Source: Azolla caroliniana
Taxonomy: Eukaryota > Plantae > Polypodiophyta
Direction: 5' to 3'
DNA length: 64,000 bases
Assembly (NCBI GenBank): GCA_043228905.1
Contig: JBHGNT010000020.1
Location: forward strand, 12,028,001-12,092,000
A program made the position numbers and the translations under genes. The number at the start of each line of letters is the position of its first letter. Position 1 is the first letter of the stretch. Under the pieces are notes generated by a model, which worked only from the letters and a program-made list of their open reading frames with translations, was not told the DNA's origin and did not search any database. Below, in pieces: positions 50,691 through 62,345 of the stretch.

Positions 50691-52599
50691 TGTATGTATG
50701 TATATATATATATATATATGCTCAATGTTATCCACCGACATGTCTCACATTCTTTGATCTTGTCGCATCCCGAGCTTCTACCCCAGAAATATCCCGATCT
50801 TCGTCCTGTGACCCCGACCCTATAAACATCTTCCTTGGTGCCGACATTAGTCCCTAGATTCATGTTCTAATGTTTGATCTTACCACCACGTCTATAGCTA
50901 GCTATATGTAGCCAATGTCTTCCCTCAACTTTTTCTTATATATCCCATGTCTTCTCTCAACATCTTATAAGCATTCCTTTGGTGTATAACATTCCATGTC
51001 TTGGATTACGTCTTAAGGAATCCTTTGGATTAATATTGTGAAAAACATCAAGAAAAAATCATGAACATTGTCGCCTTATGATTTTGTAACATCCTCTACA
51101 TACATAAAGCTCCATTTCAATGATAAGTGGATTGTGTTCAACCAATAATTGATAAAAGAAAGACATTGTTTATTCCTAAGGGCATGTCGTGTTTTAAATG
51201 GTTCTTGTGTTGCCTTGTGAATTCAATAACAATGCGGCATATCATGAAGATGTATCCTTTTGCCCACAATAACTCATCACTTGAGGCTTAGAATCACACC
51301 GTTAGTTTTTTGCCTGAGAAAGACTTGCAATTAAGCTTAGAATGAAACCATTTGTTCTTAAATTAACTTCATAATACCTCCTTGGGTTCCACATACACTT
51401 GACCATGTTTCTTTTGTCACACGTCAAGTCGTTCTTGCTTTGTTTTGGTTACTTTAGACTGAATTTGGTTCTAATGGGTCCACACACACCATTTGGGGGT
51501 ATGGTTAGTAACTTTACATGCTTGCATGTCATGATATGAATGACTGAGGACAAGATTGAAGGGGAGGCCTTACGCATTTTACTTGTGTTTACTGTTGACG
51601 AACAAAATTCTCCCCATGTCTAGCACTAATAATATAACTTCTAAGAAATTCAAGTCTTCAATATGTGACACATGTGCATCAGTAAAGTAAAAGTAATCTC
51701 GTGGCAATGCCTTTTCAATGACCCCCAAAAAATTCTTTGTGATAGCCATTTCCAAAAGTAATCTCGTGGCAATGACTTTTCAATGACTCAAAACACAATT
51801 TCTTTGTTATAGCCATTTCCCATGTATCAGTTCCCTAACTGATGCCACCTATTGTCATTAAATAGACTTATATTATTATTATTGCATGATGATATTGTGA
51901 AATGTACATAAGATACATGCACACCACAATATCTATATAAAACTTAATGTACTGTAGACATGTAGCACAAAACCACACCAATAAGAGAGGAACTTTGTGA
52001 CGGTAAGAATAGACAAACACATTTTCTTTTTTCGTGACAATCACGGTAAGAGATTATTATTATTATTATTATGGAAAGAGAATCGTTGGCTTCCATTATG
52101 TCATGCCCCTGACGATGAACCGAAGGCAAGGAAATGAAGGGAGTTACCCACCACGAGAGGAAATTGTGGAGCAAAGACGATAACACGATATTTTAGATGT
52201 CAAGAAGACAATCTGAGATTCATTGCAATGATGAGACATGCGAGGGGCATCACTTCCCGAGAATATGTTACATTATGTTACTTTCAAAAATCCTTTATGA
52301 TTTCTTCGTTCCCAACACCTTGTTTTTCAAATTGAATTTTTTGAAAATTACGAGGATTATTTGCCTCGACAATCCATGATGATTATGGGGGTTTCCAAAA
52401 CACAAATGGGATGGTTTGGCATCGGGCGGTCCGGAGAAGTCACAAGTTTAGAGGACCCCCTTGGGTCATGGGCGCTCTATTTCAAGCTCAGAGAAGGAAA
52501 CAACAGAACCCCGAAAACGGGATGATACGGTTACAGGAGAGCAAATCACAAATTTGTGCGTGTGCAATTCATTCGCTTTGCATGTTCTCTGGAGACGAA

Positions 52600-52920
52600 G
52601 ATGATCGAGAATCCGAGATAGAATAGATCAGAGCAGACCGCAGGACAAAGACATGTCCTATTGGTTTCTCATAAGGAGCAAGACAAGACAAATCCTATTG
52701 GTCAAAAACCCAAGACAAAATAGAGTAGACCAGACCAGAGAGCAGGACAAAGACAGATCCTATTGGTTTCCCATCATGAGCAACTTAGGACAAATCCTAT
52801 TGGTTGAGATTCTGAGATAGAATAGAGCATAGCAATGAGCAGGACAAAGACAGATCTATTGGTTTCCCATCAGGAACAACTTAGGACAAATCCTATTGGT
52901 CGAGATTCTGAGATAGAATA
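52600..52920. repeat. Left part of an ATTGG (CCAAT-box)-rich tandem array with a unit of about 95-110 bp
   Basis: The unit GAGATAGAATAGAGCA...GCAGGACAAAGACAGATCCTATTGGTTTC...GGACAAATCCTATTGGT recurs and continues at 60255. Confidence 0.85.
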
Positions 52921-55900
52921 GAAAGAAAGAAAGATATATTAACGTCTTCTAAGGCCAAAATTGGCCCATGAGACAAATGGTTTACAACAAAAAATGGGAT
53001 ATTTACCCATTAATCGAAAGTAAAAAATAAAAATAAAAATAGAGTTTTAAGCTAACCAGTTCTAGTAAAATAAAATAACAAACATGTTCTACAGTGAAAA
53101 TGATGTTATATTAGGCCTAATTTCATTTCCATCCAAGTCTCTCGAAGAGAAGCGGGAGGTCAAAGGGTTTCGATGTGGATGTGGCACGTGGCCCCAATGT
53201 AAAAGGTACCCCAACCATAGCTTCTAGTCGATGTAGCTCATGTTCCCTGATCTTCTTAATCCTTTCTACTCCGTGTCGACTTGTTTTGAAGCCCAACATC
53301 CGAGGGCGTTTGGTTGTTCTTTGCGTTTCGACTTCCTCAAGAGAGAGGCCGAGTGGTGTAATTGTATCCACATTCATCGTCTCCCCTTGTTCCTGAAAAA
53401 TTACACTAGTTACAACCTAGTCTCTTTACATCCGGGGTATCTAATAGTTTGGAGAGGGTGGGAGAGGGTCCTAATATGTCTTGGTATTCCACTTGTATCT
53501 CGGCATAAGTTGGGCACTTGCATGTGAAGTGATACTCATCCTCTATCTCTATGTGGCACAACCTACATAGCCTTTCCTCCCTAGGGACTCCATTAGCCCG
53601 ACCATTCTCAATCTCAAGTTGGTGAGATGATATCCTAAGTTGTCCAATGGCCCCCCTTAGTGCATTTGATAAGAATGTATCTAGATATCTTGGTCGTGTA
53701 ATAAAACCTAACTGAGAGAAGTGCAAGAAGTGTTCCTTATAGTACAACATTTTAGATGGGAGTGGCTCTCGTGGGGTGGTCCATTTATATCGAGTGTAAA
53801 TTTTCCATATTTCTTGGTGTATCACTTTATTACGGTCTTCATGAGATATTAGAGTTTGGTCAGTCCCATGGTTGTACTTAAGGGGGGGTAGGTTATTAAT
53901 GTCTATGCCGTTTGCAAGTAACCAACTCACCACAGTGCTATACCAAGAGGTAGTGTCTCCAGATGCATGTAGGGATCGAGATGCCTCAAAGGCTCGACGA
54001 GATATCCTATCGTGTGGTTGGCTATGTATTTGATGAATAAAAACTACCACTTGAAACAATGCTTCTATGAACATCGGGGGCAGACTGAACTCTGCTCTAA
54101 TAATGTCATGTGATACTGTCGATTTGCTTCGGAGTTGACGTGATAACATCGTCACCAAAGGTCTCTCGAATTGCGTCCACATGAAAGATGGTAGACTGGA
54201 GCCCATACTATTGATGCATACATGATGGAAGGGGTAACTAATGAGTCGAAGAGCCATCCCTTAGTCCGTGGCTCTTGAAAGTATGTATGGTGGCATTGTC
54301 TCTCTAAGAGTGAGAGGGATGCATACCCTCTCGTTAGCCTATCTTTGGTTGCCTGGTTCATCAAGAATTTACCTGAGCGAGCACTAAAAGTGACTCCCAA
54401 GTATACATATGATCCAACTACCTCAACTAGTTTATGAGAGAGGATTAGGTGACATTTACTCCTAACTCGGGACGATGTATGAAAGATAAGGACTTTAGTT
54501 TTCGCTAGATTCACTACCAATCCTCGTTGTGTACAAAAATCATCTAGGGCATTCAGATGATTTTGTAGGTTGTGTTCCGACTCTGAGAGCAAGACAATGT
54601 CGTCTGCGTAGAGTAAGAGACTAACTTGTGTATCCCCAATAGCTACTCCCTTGCCTCCCTTACGAGCAATAAAATAAGTGATCTCATCAATGTAGATCCC
54701 AAAAAGTGTCGGTGATAGGGAGCAACCCAGTTTTACACCAATGGTGCTAGTGAAACAATCGGATAGACCACCTGAGCATCTTACGCTATCGAGAAGATTT
54801 TCGGCAACGGTGTGAAAATCACGTGGAGCAAGGAAAATTGAGAAGGTGCAATATGCACATGTATGGAAGGGGTGATGGTTAATGTGCACGTGTGATGTGT
54901 GTTTAGGTGATCATTACACACACACATATATATATAATAAGCCTAGTGCATACAATGAGGTGCAAGTAAAGGTTTTGAACCTTACACCTCCAAGATAGGA
55001 GGCAATAAACATACCATTAGACTACTTTGTTTCATTTGAAAGTTAATTTTGTTCATTGTATATTTCACACAAAACTATTTGTACATAAGATCTTAGATAA
55101 GGTACATGGTCATCATGCATCACATGTGATGCATGAGCGCCAAATGGCAATCATGCATCGCATGCATCTCATGCATTGTATGCATGTACTACACCCTCAC
55201 ATGCACATATGCATGGGGGCATCTATATAAGAAGGAGAGAAAGGGAAAGAAAAGGGGGACAATGTATGCAATCAATAATAATTAATAAGTTCTAGTTATC
55301 TCTTTGGCAAGGTGTCTTCTATCTCAATTTCGAAGTCAAAGGTTCAAACCGGGAATAGGAATTCTTGCCTGTATATATCTATCAATTTATCTTTAATACT
55401 TCTCGCTTACGCTAGTCCTTCCGCCATTTCGTTGCTTGCGCTAGTCCTTCCGCGGTTCCGTTATCTTGAACGATCCCATCATCAATCCTCCATAACCACT
55501 AGCGGATAGAGGCCCGGTGCTTGTCCGCGCTTGTGACGCGCACATCACGACGTTTGGCACGTGTGTCACGCGCCACACGACATCTATTTGTTGAACCCGA
55601 CGTGAACAACACAAGGTGGTAATGGGGGCATCACGAATGATGGTTGGATGCTTATGACTTAGAAGAGTCTATAAGAAGAGAAGGTGGGCTGAGACTGATA
55701 ATCATTCCATTTATAAGGAAGGCCATTGAAATGATGTTGCATGATGATAAGGATAGAGCGATGGATTATCTCAAGTTGGCAAGGCAAGCCGAAAGATTAT
55801 ATCAAGAAGTTCCGGATTGGTATGAAGCAGTTATGACGTCCAGATTCGGACCTCAACCTTTTCATGGGCTTCTCAACAATGATGAAGATGAAGATGATCG

Positions 55901-56332
55901 AGATATTCATGATTACTGTCATGAAGAGACATTCAACGAAGAACATGGGATTGACAAGAGACATGGATATGTTCATAGTGATCGTGAAGAGGCATTCAAT
56001 GAAGAAGAAGGTTTCGAAGAGAGAGATCGAGATTGACATGCCTATGGTCGTTACGAGGATCATTGCAAACTCGACAAAGGAGAAACATGTGACAAAGGAG
56101 AGATTATGATTGTCATCATGAAGATCATTGCAAACACAAGAGAAGAGAGATATGCACTGAAGAAGGATGTGATCACGAAGAGACATGGAACGAAGAACAT
56201 ACATTCGAGGGGAAAGACCAAGATACTCAAGGATGCAGTCGTGAAGAGACATGTGATGAAGAACATGGGCTCAAGGGGAAAGACCAAGATACTCGGGGAT
56301 GCAATCGTGAAGAGACATCAGACAAAGAACGT

Positions 56333-56765
56333 TGTCATGATATGGCAAGACTCGAACCCATGACCTTAGGTTATATGGGTCGAGCTCTTGACCATTAGAT
56401 CATCTATTGTAATACGTAAGATATTATTTTCATTTACATTTTATTATAGGAAATTAGTGTATATTCCAGATTTCTCTGGACATTCTAGAAGCTTCAGGAT
56501 TACTCCTGAAAACATTATAAAAGAGGGCACTAGGCATTATGTTGAACCAAATTGGTTCAACGCCAGTCTTAAGCCTTTTAGCCACCATTGTATATTCTCT
56601 TCATATAATACATATCTTTCGTATCATCACTCACTCTCTCTCTCTCTCTCTCTTTCTCTCCATCTCGCTCACTTCTTCCTTCTCTTGAAGAAGTTCTACA
56701 CCTCTCATAGTACTAATCCTTCGTTTAGTACTAATTCCTTCTCTGTCTCAGTACTGTTCCTGACA
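56333..56765 (+). mobile_element. Solo LTR (433 bp) with 5-bp TSD AACGT
   Basis: Termini TGTCATGA...TCCTGACA, AACGT at 56328-56332 and 56766-56770, internal TATAAAA and a (CT)n tract. Confidence 0.88.
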
Positions 56766-56770
56766 AACGT

Positions 56771-57499
56771 TGTCGTGAAGATTTTCGTCCACAAGCGGAA
56801 ACCCGAGCAACGAGAGCCAAAGAGCGATGTGCAACGTTGCACACGTACATAATGTATTTGTAATAGTAATAAGGGTAAAGTGTATGGTGCTAGAAATGCC
56901 CCATAGGATCCCTAAGGTATAAAGGTGATGTGGTCTTGTGCGCACATCCACGCGCGCGAGAGAGAGAGAGAGAGAGGTACTATGCGGTACATAGGTACCT
57001 AGTTGTTTGTGTGGAGGTGGGAGTTAAGGGGCCATCAATCTCACCCTCCCCAAATCAAGGCAAATATCCCCTTTGAATGAAAGGGGATATTTTAGTCTCA
57101 CTTTTGTAAACGGTGTTCCCTCCTTGTGCTATAAAAGGAGAGGGAACGCACCATTGTGGGGGTTGCCTATTTTTGAGTGTGCGAGGTATACCACATAGGT
57201 CGAGCGTTAGGGTTAGGGTAAGGGTTTCTTTATCTTTATCTTCCTCTTCGTCGATTAGGGTTTCGAGTAGTCGTTTGGTGCGGCCTATGCAGCCACCATT
57301 TTGTAATCGTTCATTTCGTTTTAATATATCTTGTTGATCATCTTGTCTCCATCTTCCTCTTGTTCGATCTAATCTCTTGTTCATTCTTCTTCTTCTTGAG
57401 CAAAGCTTCCATTCCATGTCCGATTCCTTCTCCTCTACTCCTTAGTCCAAGACCCCTGTGGTCCCGCCCTTCTCCACGCACGCGCGTAGCAACGCAACA
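56771..57499 (+). mobile_element. Solo LTR of the Trp-primed gypsy family with 4-bp TSD ACGT
   Basis: It starts TGTCGTGAAGATTTTCGTCCACAAGCGGAA, compared with TGTCGTGAAGAAAACCGTCCACAAGCGGAA in the 25281 element, and ends GCAACA. ACGT lies at 56767-56770 and 57500-57503. Confidence 0.88.
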
Positions 57500-60254
57500 A
57501 CGTGGGCTTGAAGAGAAAGATCAAGATCTACACGATTATGACAAAGACAAAGATCATTACAAACTCACAAAGAGTGCTCGAGATCTACAAAGTTATGATC
57601 GTGACAAAGATTACTATAAACACAAGAGGAGAAATCAATGTCGAGCTCTTCATGGTTGTGCTAATGAAAAAGCACTCGATGGAAGCCATGATGGTGAGAA
57701 AGGTTGGGATTGAAACTCTCATGGTTTAAATTTTGATGACAAGTATGATAGGTTTAATAAGTGCCACAAACAAGAGAAGGAGTTAGAAAAAGACGAAAAC
57801 TTCACATTTAAATGTGATGACGGTGATGATAGAAATGAAACACACGATTTAGGGCTTGATGATAGTAAGGGAGAATGCATTATTGATGGTGAGAGTGAGT
57901 GCCATGAGAAGAATGAGGGTTATGATGATAGAAAGCTAGTGTGCACTTTTTGTGGATATGGTTATGATAGGGGTAATGATGAGGGTGAGAGTGACGAAGA
58001 GAAATCATGTGTTTTAGGTTGCCTTGGTTTTTCTTCGTGATAGATTTTATAAGAGTTTCGCTAGATCAAATGGTGACATTCATGAGGATATCCGTTATGA
58101 AAATAGAATAGGTACTTGTGATTATGAGGATGTTCTGCAAAAATATGTCCATGTGGATGTGGGGTTACATAATGATCACACGGGTATAAGCAAGGAAAAT
58201 CTAGGAAATGTTATCTGGGATGTGTATAATGATGATGTTGATGTTGTGAGCATGTGTGGGAAGGATGGGATTAAGGTTGATAATATTGAGGATAATCTAG
58301 AAAATGTTATGATGGTTTGGGATATGTATAACGATAATGTTGGTGTTGTGAGTGTGTTTGGGAAGGATAATTTTAGGGTAGATGATACTGAATATGATGC
58401 TTATCTTGTAAAAAAAGATTCGGTGATCAAAGATGTCGTTAACTCAAAGGATTATTATAATGATGATGTAAGTATAACAAACATTGAGGTTGGTATCGAA
58501 GAAGATGAGGTTGTGGTAAAATGGATGGTTATTACTTGTAAAGAAGAAAGGAAAGAAGTGATTATAAAGACAACACATAGGAAGGAAGGAAAAGATGCAT
58601 CAAGATGGTGGGATGTTCAACTAAACAGAGGGGGTTGTATTGCCAACATTTCTATCTCCCATCTCAAAGAAAAGGATTGGCTAATTAGAAGAAGCACCCG
58701 GTTTTTAGATTCGTTTTGAGAAGACACATCGTCAACACCCCAAGAAGATCGAAGAAGAAGGTTGGGTATTGGTCTGCAACAATAGCTTTGACAACCAACA
58801 TAAGACGACAAGAAAGTTTGCAAGAAGATGGTTCGGAGCATATGTGGAGTTAGACGGATCAAGGCTGGCCATACCGATTGCGGGAAAAAGACTAAAGATT
58901 TTCAAGAAAAGACAAGGTGAGGGTCCCGAATTTGATGATCTCAACAATGAAGATAGTAAGGCGAAACCCACAAACGTGAGCGAGGTCAATGAGGACGTGG
59001 AGGAATCTCACACCGTAACCGAAATCTCACATTCTCTTCTTGGCATGTACCAGAGGACGTGCGGTTTGGTGGGGGTGGATGTCATGAAGATTTTCGGCAA
59101 CGGTATGAAAATCACGTGGAACGAGGAAAATTGAGAAGGTGCAATATGCACATGTATGGAAGGGGTGATGGTTAATGTGCACGTGTGATGTGTGTTTAGG
59201 TGATCATTACACATATATATATATAATAAGCCTAACGCATACAATGAGGTGCAAGTAAAGGTTTTGAACCTTACACCTCCAAGATAGGAGGCAATAGACA
59301 TACCATTAGACTACGTTGTTTCATTTGAAAGTTAATTTTGTTCAGTTTATATTTCATACAAAACTATTTGTACATGAGAGCTTAGATAAGGTACATGGTC
59401 ATCATGGATCACATGTGATGCATGAGCGCCAAATGGCAATCATGCATCGCATGCATTGCATGCATCTCATGCATTGTATGCATGTACTACACCCTCACAT
59501 GCACATATGCATGTGGGCATCTATATAAGAAGGAGAGAAAGGGAAAGAAAAGGGGGACAATGTATGCAATCAATAATAATTAATAAGTTCTAGTTATCTC
59601 GTTGGTAAGGTGTCTTCTATCTCAATTTTGAAGTCAAAGGTTCAAACCGGGAATAGGAATTCTTGCCTGTATCTATCTATCAATTTATCTTTAATACTTC
59701 TCGCTTGCGCTAGTCCTTCCGCGGTTCCGTTATCTTGAACGATCCCATCATCAATCCTCCATAACCACTAGCGGATAGAGGCCCGGTGCTTGTCCGCACT
59801 TGTGACGCGCACATCACGACGTTTGGCACGTATGTCACGCGCCACATGACAACGCACCCAGAGACTTGCTCATATAGGGCATAAATGGCCTAGATCATGT
59901 CATTTGGTATCTCAAGATCTTAAGTTTATCAAACAACTTCTCCCTAAGAACTGTGTCAAAGACTTTGCGGAAGTCCACAAAGCAACAATATAGTTTCTTC
60001 TTACGAGCCTTCATCTGGTCAATTAAGCACATAAGTGTGAAGATATGATCAATGGTGGAGAAGGCTCCTCTAAAGCCAGCCTGCTCAAGTGCTCGAAGAC
60101 TTAATGTTTCCATATAATCGCTGAGCTCCGCTTCCTTTACCACACCATATAGTTTAGCGAGCGTATGACCTATCATAATGGTCCTATATGTATTTGGGTC
60201 CAATGGGTCCCCTCCTTTATGTATAGGGGCCACTGTGTTCATGGTCCAATATGT

Positions 60255-60620
60255 ATAGAGCATAGTAAAGAGCAAGACAGAGACATGTTCTATTGGTTTC
60301 CCGTCATGAACAACTTAGGACAAATTCTATTGGTTGAGATTCTGAGATAGAATAGAGCAGAGCAGAGAGAAGTACAAGGCATATCCTATTGGTTTCTCAC
60401 CAGGAGGAAGTCAGGACAAATCCTAGTGGTCGAGATTCAGAGATAGAATAGAGCAGAGCAGAGAGCAACACAAGACGAATCCTATTGGTTTTCTCACCAG
60501 GAGGAAGTTAAGAAAAATCCTATCGGTCGAGAATCCGAGATGGAATAGATCAGAGTGGAGAGTAGGACAAAGACACAGATTGTATTGGTTTCTCATTAGG
60601 ACAAATCCTATGGGTTTCTT
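60255..60620. repeat. Right part of the same CCAAT-rich array, directly upstream of the WTF1-like gene
   Basis: Same unit as 52600-52920. The array is split by the LINE at an ATAGA junction present on both sides. Confidence 0.85.
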
Positions 60621-60770
60621 TCTAGTCTAGAGGAGGTGAGAGGGCTATGGATGTAATTTAGAGAAACATTGAGCTCAGTTTTGTGAAGGAAATTCTTCTT
60701 CTGTTTGATACTACATCTTTTGCTTCGATGCAGAAGAAGAAGAAGAAGAAGAAGATTGCTGGCTGTGGCC

Positions 60771-62345
60771 ATGGCTATGGCTACGCCTATGACGCTGAAG
60801 CTTCCTTCTTCTGGTTACGGAAATGTAACCATTTTCTCTTCTTCTTCTTCTTCTGCTTCTTCTTCTTCTTCAGTGAAACACATTTGCCTGCGAAGGAAAC
60901 AAAGCAGCGCACTTCATCTCTCATTCAGTTGGAATCAAACTGACCGGTTTCTTTTTCTTCTTCTCCCCCATCATCTTCATTGCCAGCAGAAGAAACAGAT
61001 GAAAGAATGGGACTCCGTTGAAGAAGGAGGAGATGCTCGATATCCACAGAAGATGACGAAGGTATTCTTCATTAGAGCTATACTACGACGCAAGAAAGAA
61101 GCTTCTTTCGACGAATTCATACAAAATCAGAAGAAAGTGAATCTTGTTTGCAAAATCAAAGACATTCTTGTTAAAGAACCAGGTAAGGTAATGCCACTCA
61201 GACATCTTTACTCTCATAGGAGAAAACTAGGGTTTACTGATAGGCACAAACTTAGCTCCCTTGTCATGAAATATCCAAGGGTTTTCCAAGTGTTTGAAGA
61301 AGGATCTCAACAGATTTATTTTGGTCTCTCTGAAGAAGCAGAAAGACTGTTTCTTGAAGAAAGTCGGCTCAAAGAAGAACAAGAAGGTATTCTTGTTGAG
61401 AAGATAAGGAAACTGTTGATGATGTCTGTAGATAAGACCTTGCTTTTATACAAGATTTCTCATTTAAGGAAAGATCTAGGTCTTCCTGATGATTTCAAGA
61501 CAAATTTAGTGTTGAAATATCCTCAATTCTTCAATGTGATTGAAACTGAAGAAGGGACTGCACTAGAATTGGCATCATGGGATCCCGCTCTTGCTATTTC
61601 AACCTATGAGAAGAGTCAGAAAAACCAAAGGAACTCGAAAAATAAGGAAGAAAATCGATATAATCGTAGAATCCAAACATTATCTTCAAATCTACCTATG
61701 GTTAAGCTTCCAAAAGGTTATCTTTTGAAGAGGAAGGAGAAAGAGGTTCTCAAAAGGTTTCAAGACATGTCTTATATGTCTCCATATATGGATATAACAA
61801 ATTTAGAGGCATGTTCACGTCGTGCCGAGAAGCATGCTTGTGCTGTTTTACATGAGATTCTGTCTCTGACACTGGAGAAGAAGATAGTGATAGATTATCT
61901 CACACACTTTAAGAGAGATTATAAGTTTTCGATCAAGCTTCATACCATGCTTTTGAGGCATCCTGACCAATTCTATGTGTCTTCGAAAGGAGGCCGAGAT
62001 TCAGTTTTCCTTAGAGAAGCATATAATGGTTCAGAGCTTATTGAGAAAGATCCTTTATTGGTTGTGAAAGAGAAATTGGGAAAGTTGATGGAAAGAGAGA
62101 CTGGAAATTATGAGGTAGTGAGTAATGACGATTTTTATGATGAAGTTGATGAAAATGTCAATGATGATGACGACAATAACAGCGATGATGATAACATTAG
62201 TGTGGTATTAGATTGTAGTGATGATGAAGATGAGGTGAAAAAATCTCAATGGAAATCACAAGAAGTTAGACCACTCTTGCAGAGATTATCAAGCATTCAG
62301 AAAGATCAAGCCATGGCTACAGTTTGTCCACAAGAAAGATGGTAA
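60771..62345 (+). CDS. WTF1: Plant organelle RNA recognition (PORR) domain protein, WTF1-like chloroplast group II intron splicing factor, intronless, 524 aa
   Basis: It has a Ser-rich transit-peptide-like N-terminus. Conserved segments are RRKKEASFD...KILVKEP...KYPRVF...KIRKLLMMS...ISHLRKDLGLP...ALELASWDPALA...EKHACAVLHEILSLTLEK...LLRHPDQFYVS...VFLREAY, followed by an acidic tail and terminal ERW. Confidence 0.9.
   Translation: MAMATPMTLKLPSSGYGNVTIFSSSSSSASSSSSVKHICLRRKQSSALHLSFSWNQTDRFLFLLLPHHLHCQQKKQMKEWDSVEEGGDARYPQKMTKVFFIRAILRRKKEASFDEFIQNQKKVNLVCKIKDILVKEPGKVMPLRHLYSHRRKLGFTDRHKLSSLVMKYPRVFQVFEEGSQQIYFGLSEEAERLFLEESRLKEEQEGILVEKIRKLLMMSVDKTLLLYKISHLRKDLGLPDDFKTNLVLKYPQFFNVIETEEGTALELASWDPALAISTYEKSQKNQRNSKNKEENRYNRRIQTLSSNLPMVKLPKGYLLKRKEKEVLKRFQDMSYMSPYMDITNLEACSRRAEKHACAVLHEILSLTLEKKIVIDYLTHFKRDYKFSIKLHTMLLRHPDQFYVSSKGGRDSVFLREAYNGSELIEKDPLLVVKEKLGKLMERETGNYEVVSNDDFYDEVDENVNDDDDNNSDDDNISVVLDCSDDEDEVKKSQWKSQEVRPLLQRLSSIQKDQAMATVCPQERW

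Larger units (their letters stand above)
55640..58720 (+). pseudogene. Decayed acidic, His/Cys/Asp/Glu-rich repetitive ORF occupying the gag-pol position, interrupted by two solo LTRs
   Basis: Repeats of about 22 aa such as DYCHEETFNEEHGI, GCDHEETWNEEHTFEGKDQD and GCSREETCDEEHGLKGKDQD. The repeat continues across the inserts (DKERGLEEKDQD). Confidence 0.6.
54787..59851 (+). mobile_element. Non-autonomous LTR element related to the Trp-primed gypsy family
   Basis: LTRs at 54787-55582 and 59080-59851 with TSD ACGC (54783-54786, 59852-59855). A degenerate Trp PBS TGTTGAACCCGACGTGA lies at about 55589-55605 and PPT GGTGGGGGTGGA at 59068-59079. An integrase C-terminal remnant (DNQHKTTRKFARRWFG...IPIAGKRLKIFKKR) matches the 25992-29351 Pol. 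Confidence 0.92.
52921..60254 (-). mobile_element. Second RTEX-like LINE copy (5'-truncated; segments 59852-60254 and 52921-54786), interrupted by an LTR element
   Basis: Motifs YRTIMIGHTLAKLY, QAGFR, STIDHIFTL, FVDFRKVFDTV, GVKLGCSLSPTLF, LLYADDIVLL and ERLCRLCHIEIEDEYHFTCKCPTY are present. A (GAAA)n tail lies at 52921-52933. Confidence 0.9.

Noticed and set aside
60705-60770. Upstream extension of the PORR ORF with poly-Arg
   Set aside because: It starts at a non-ATG codon and spans a (GAA)n 5' UTR microsatellite. ATG 60771 gives a plausible transit peptide.
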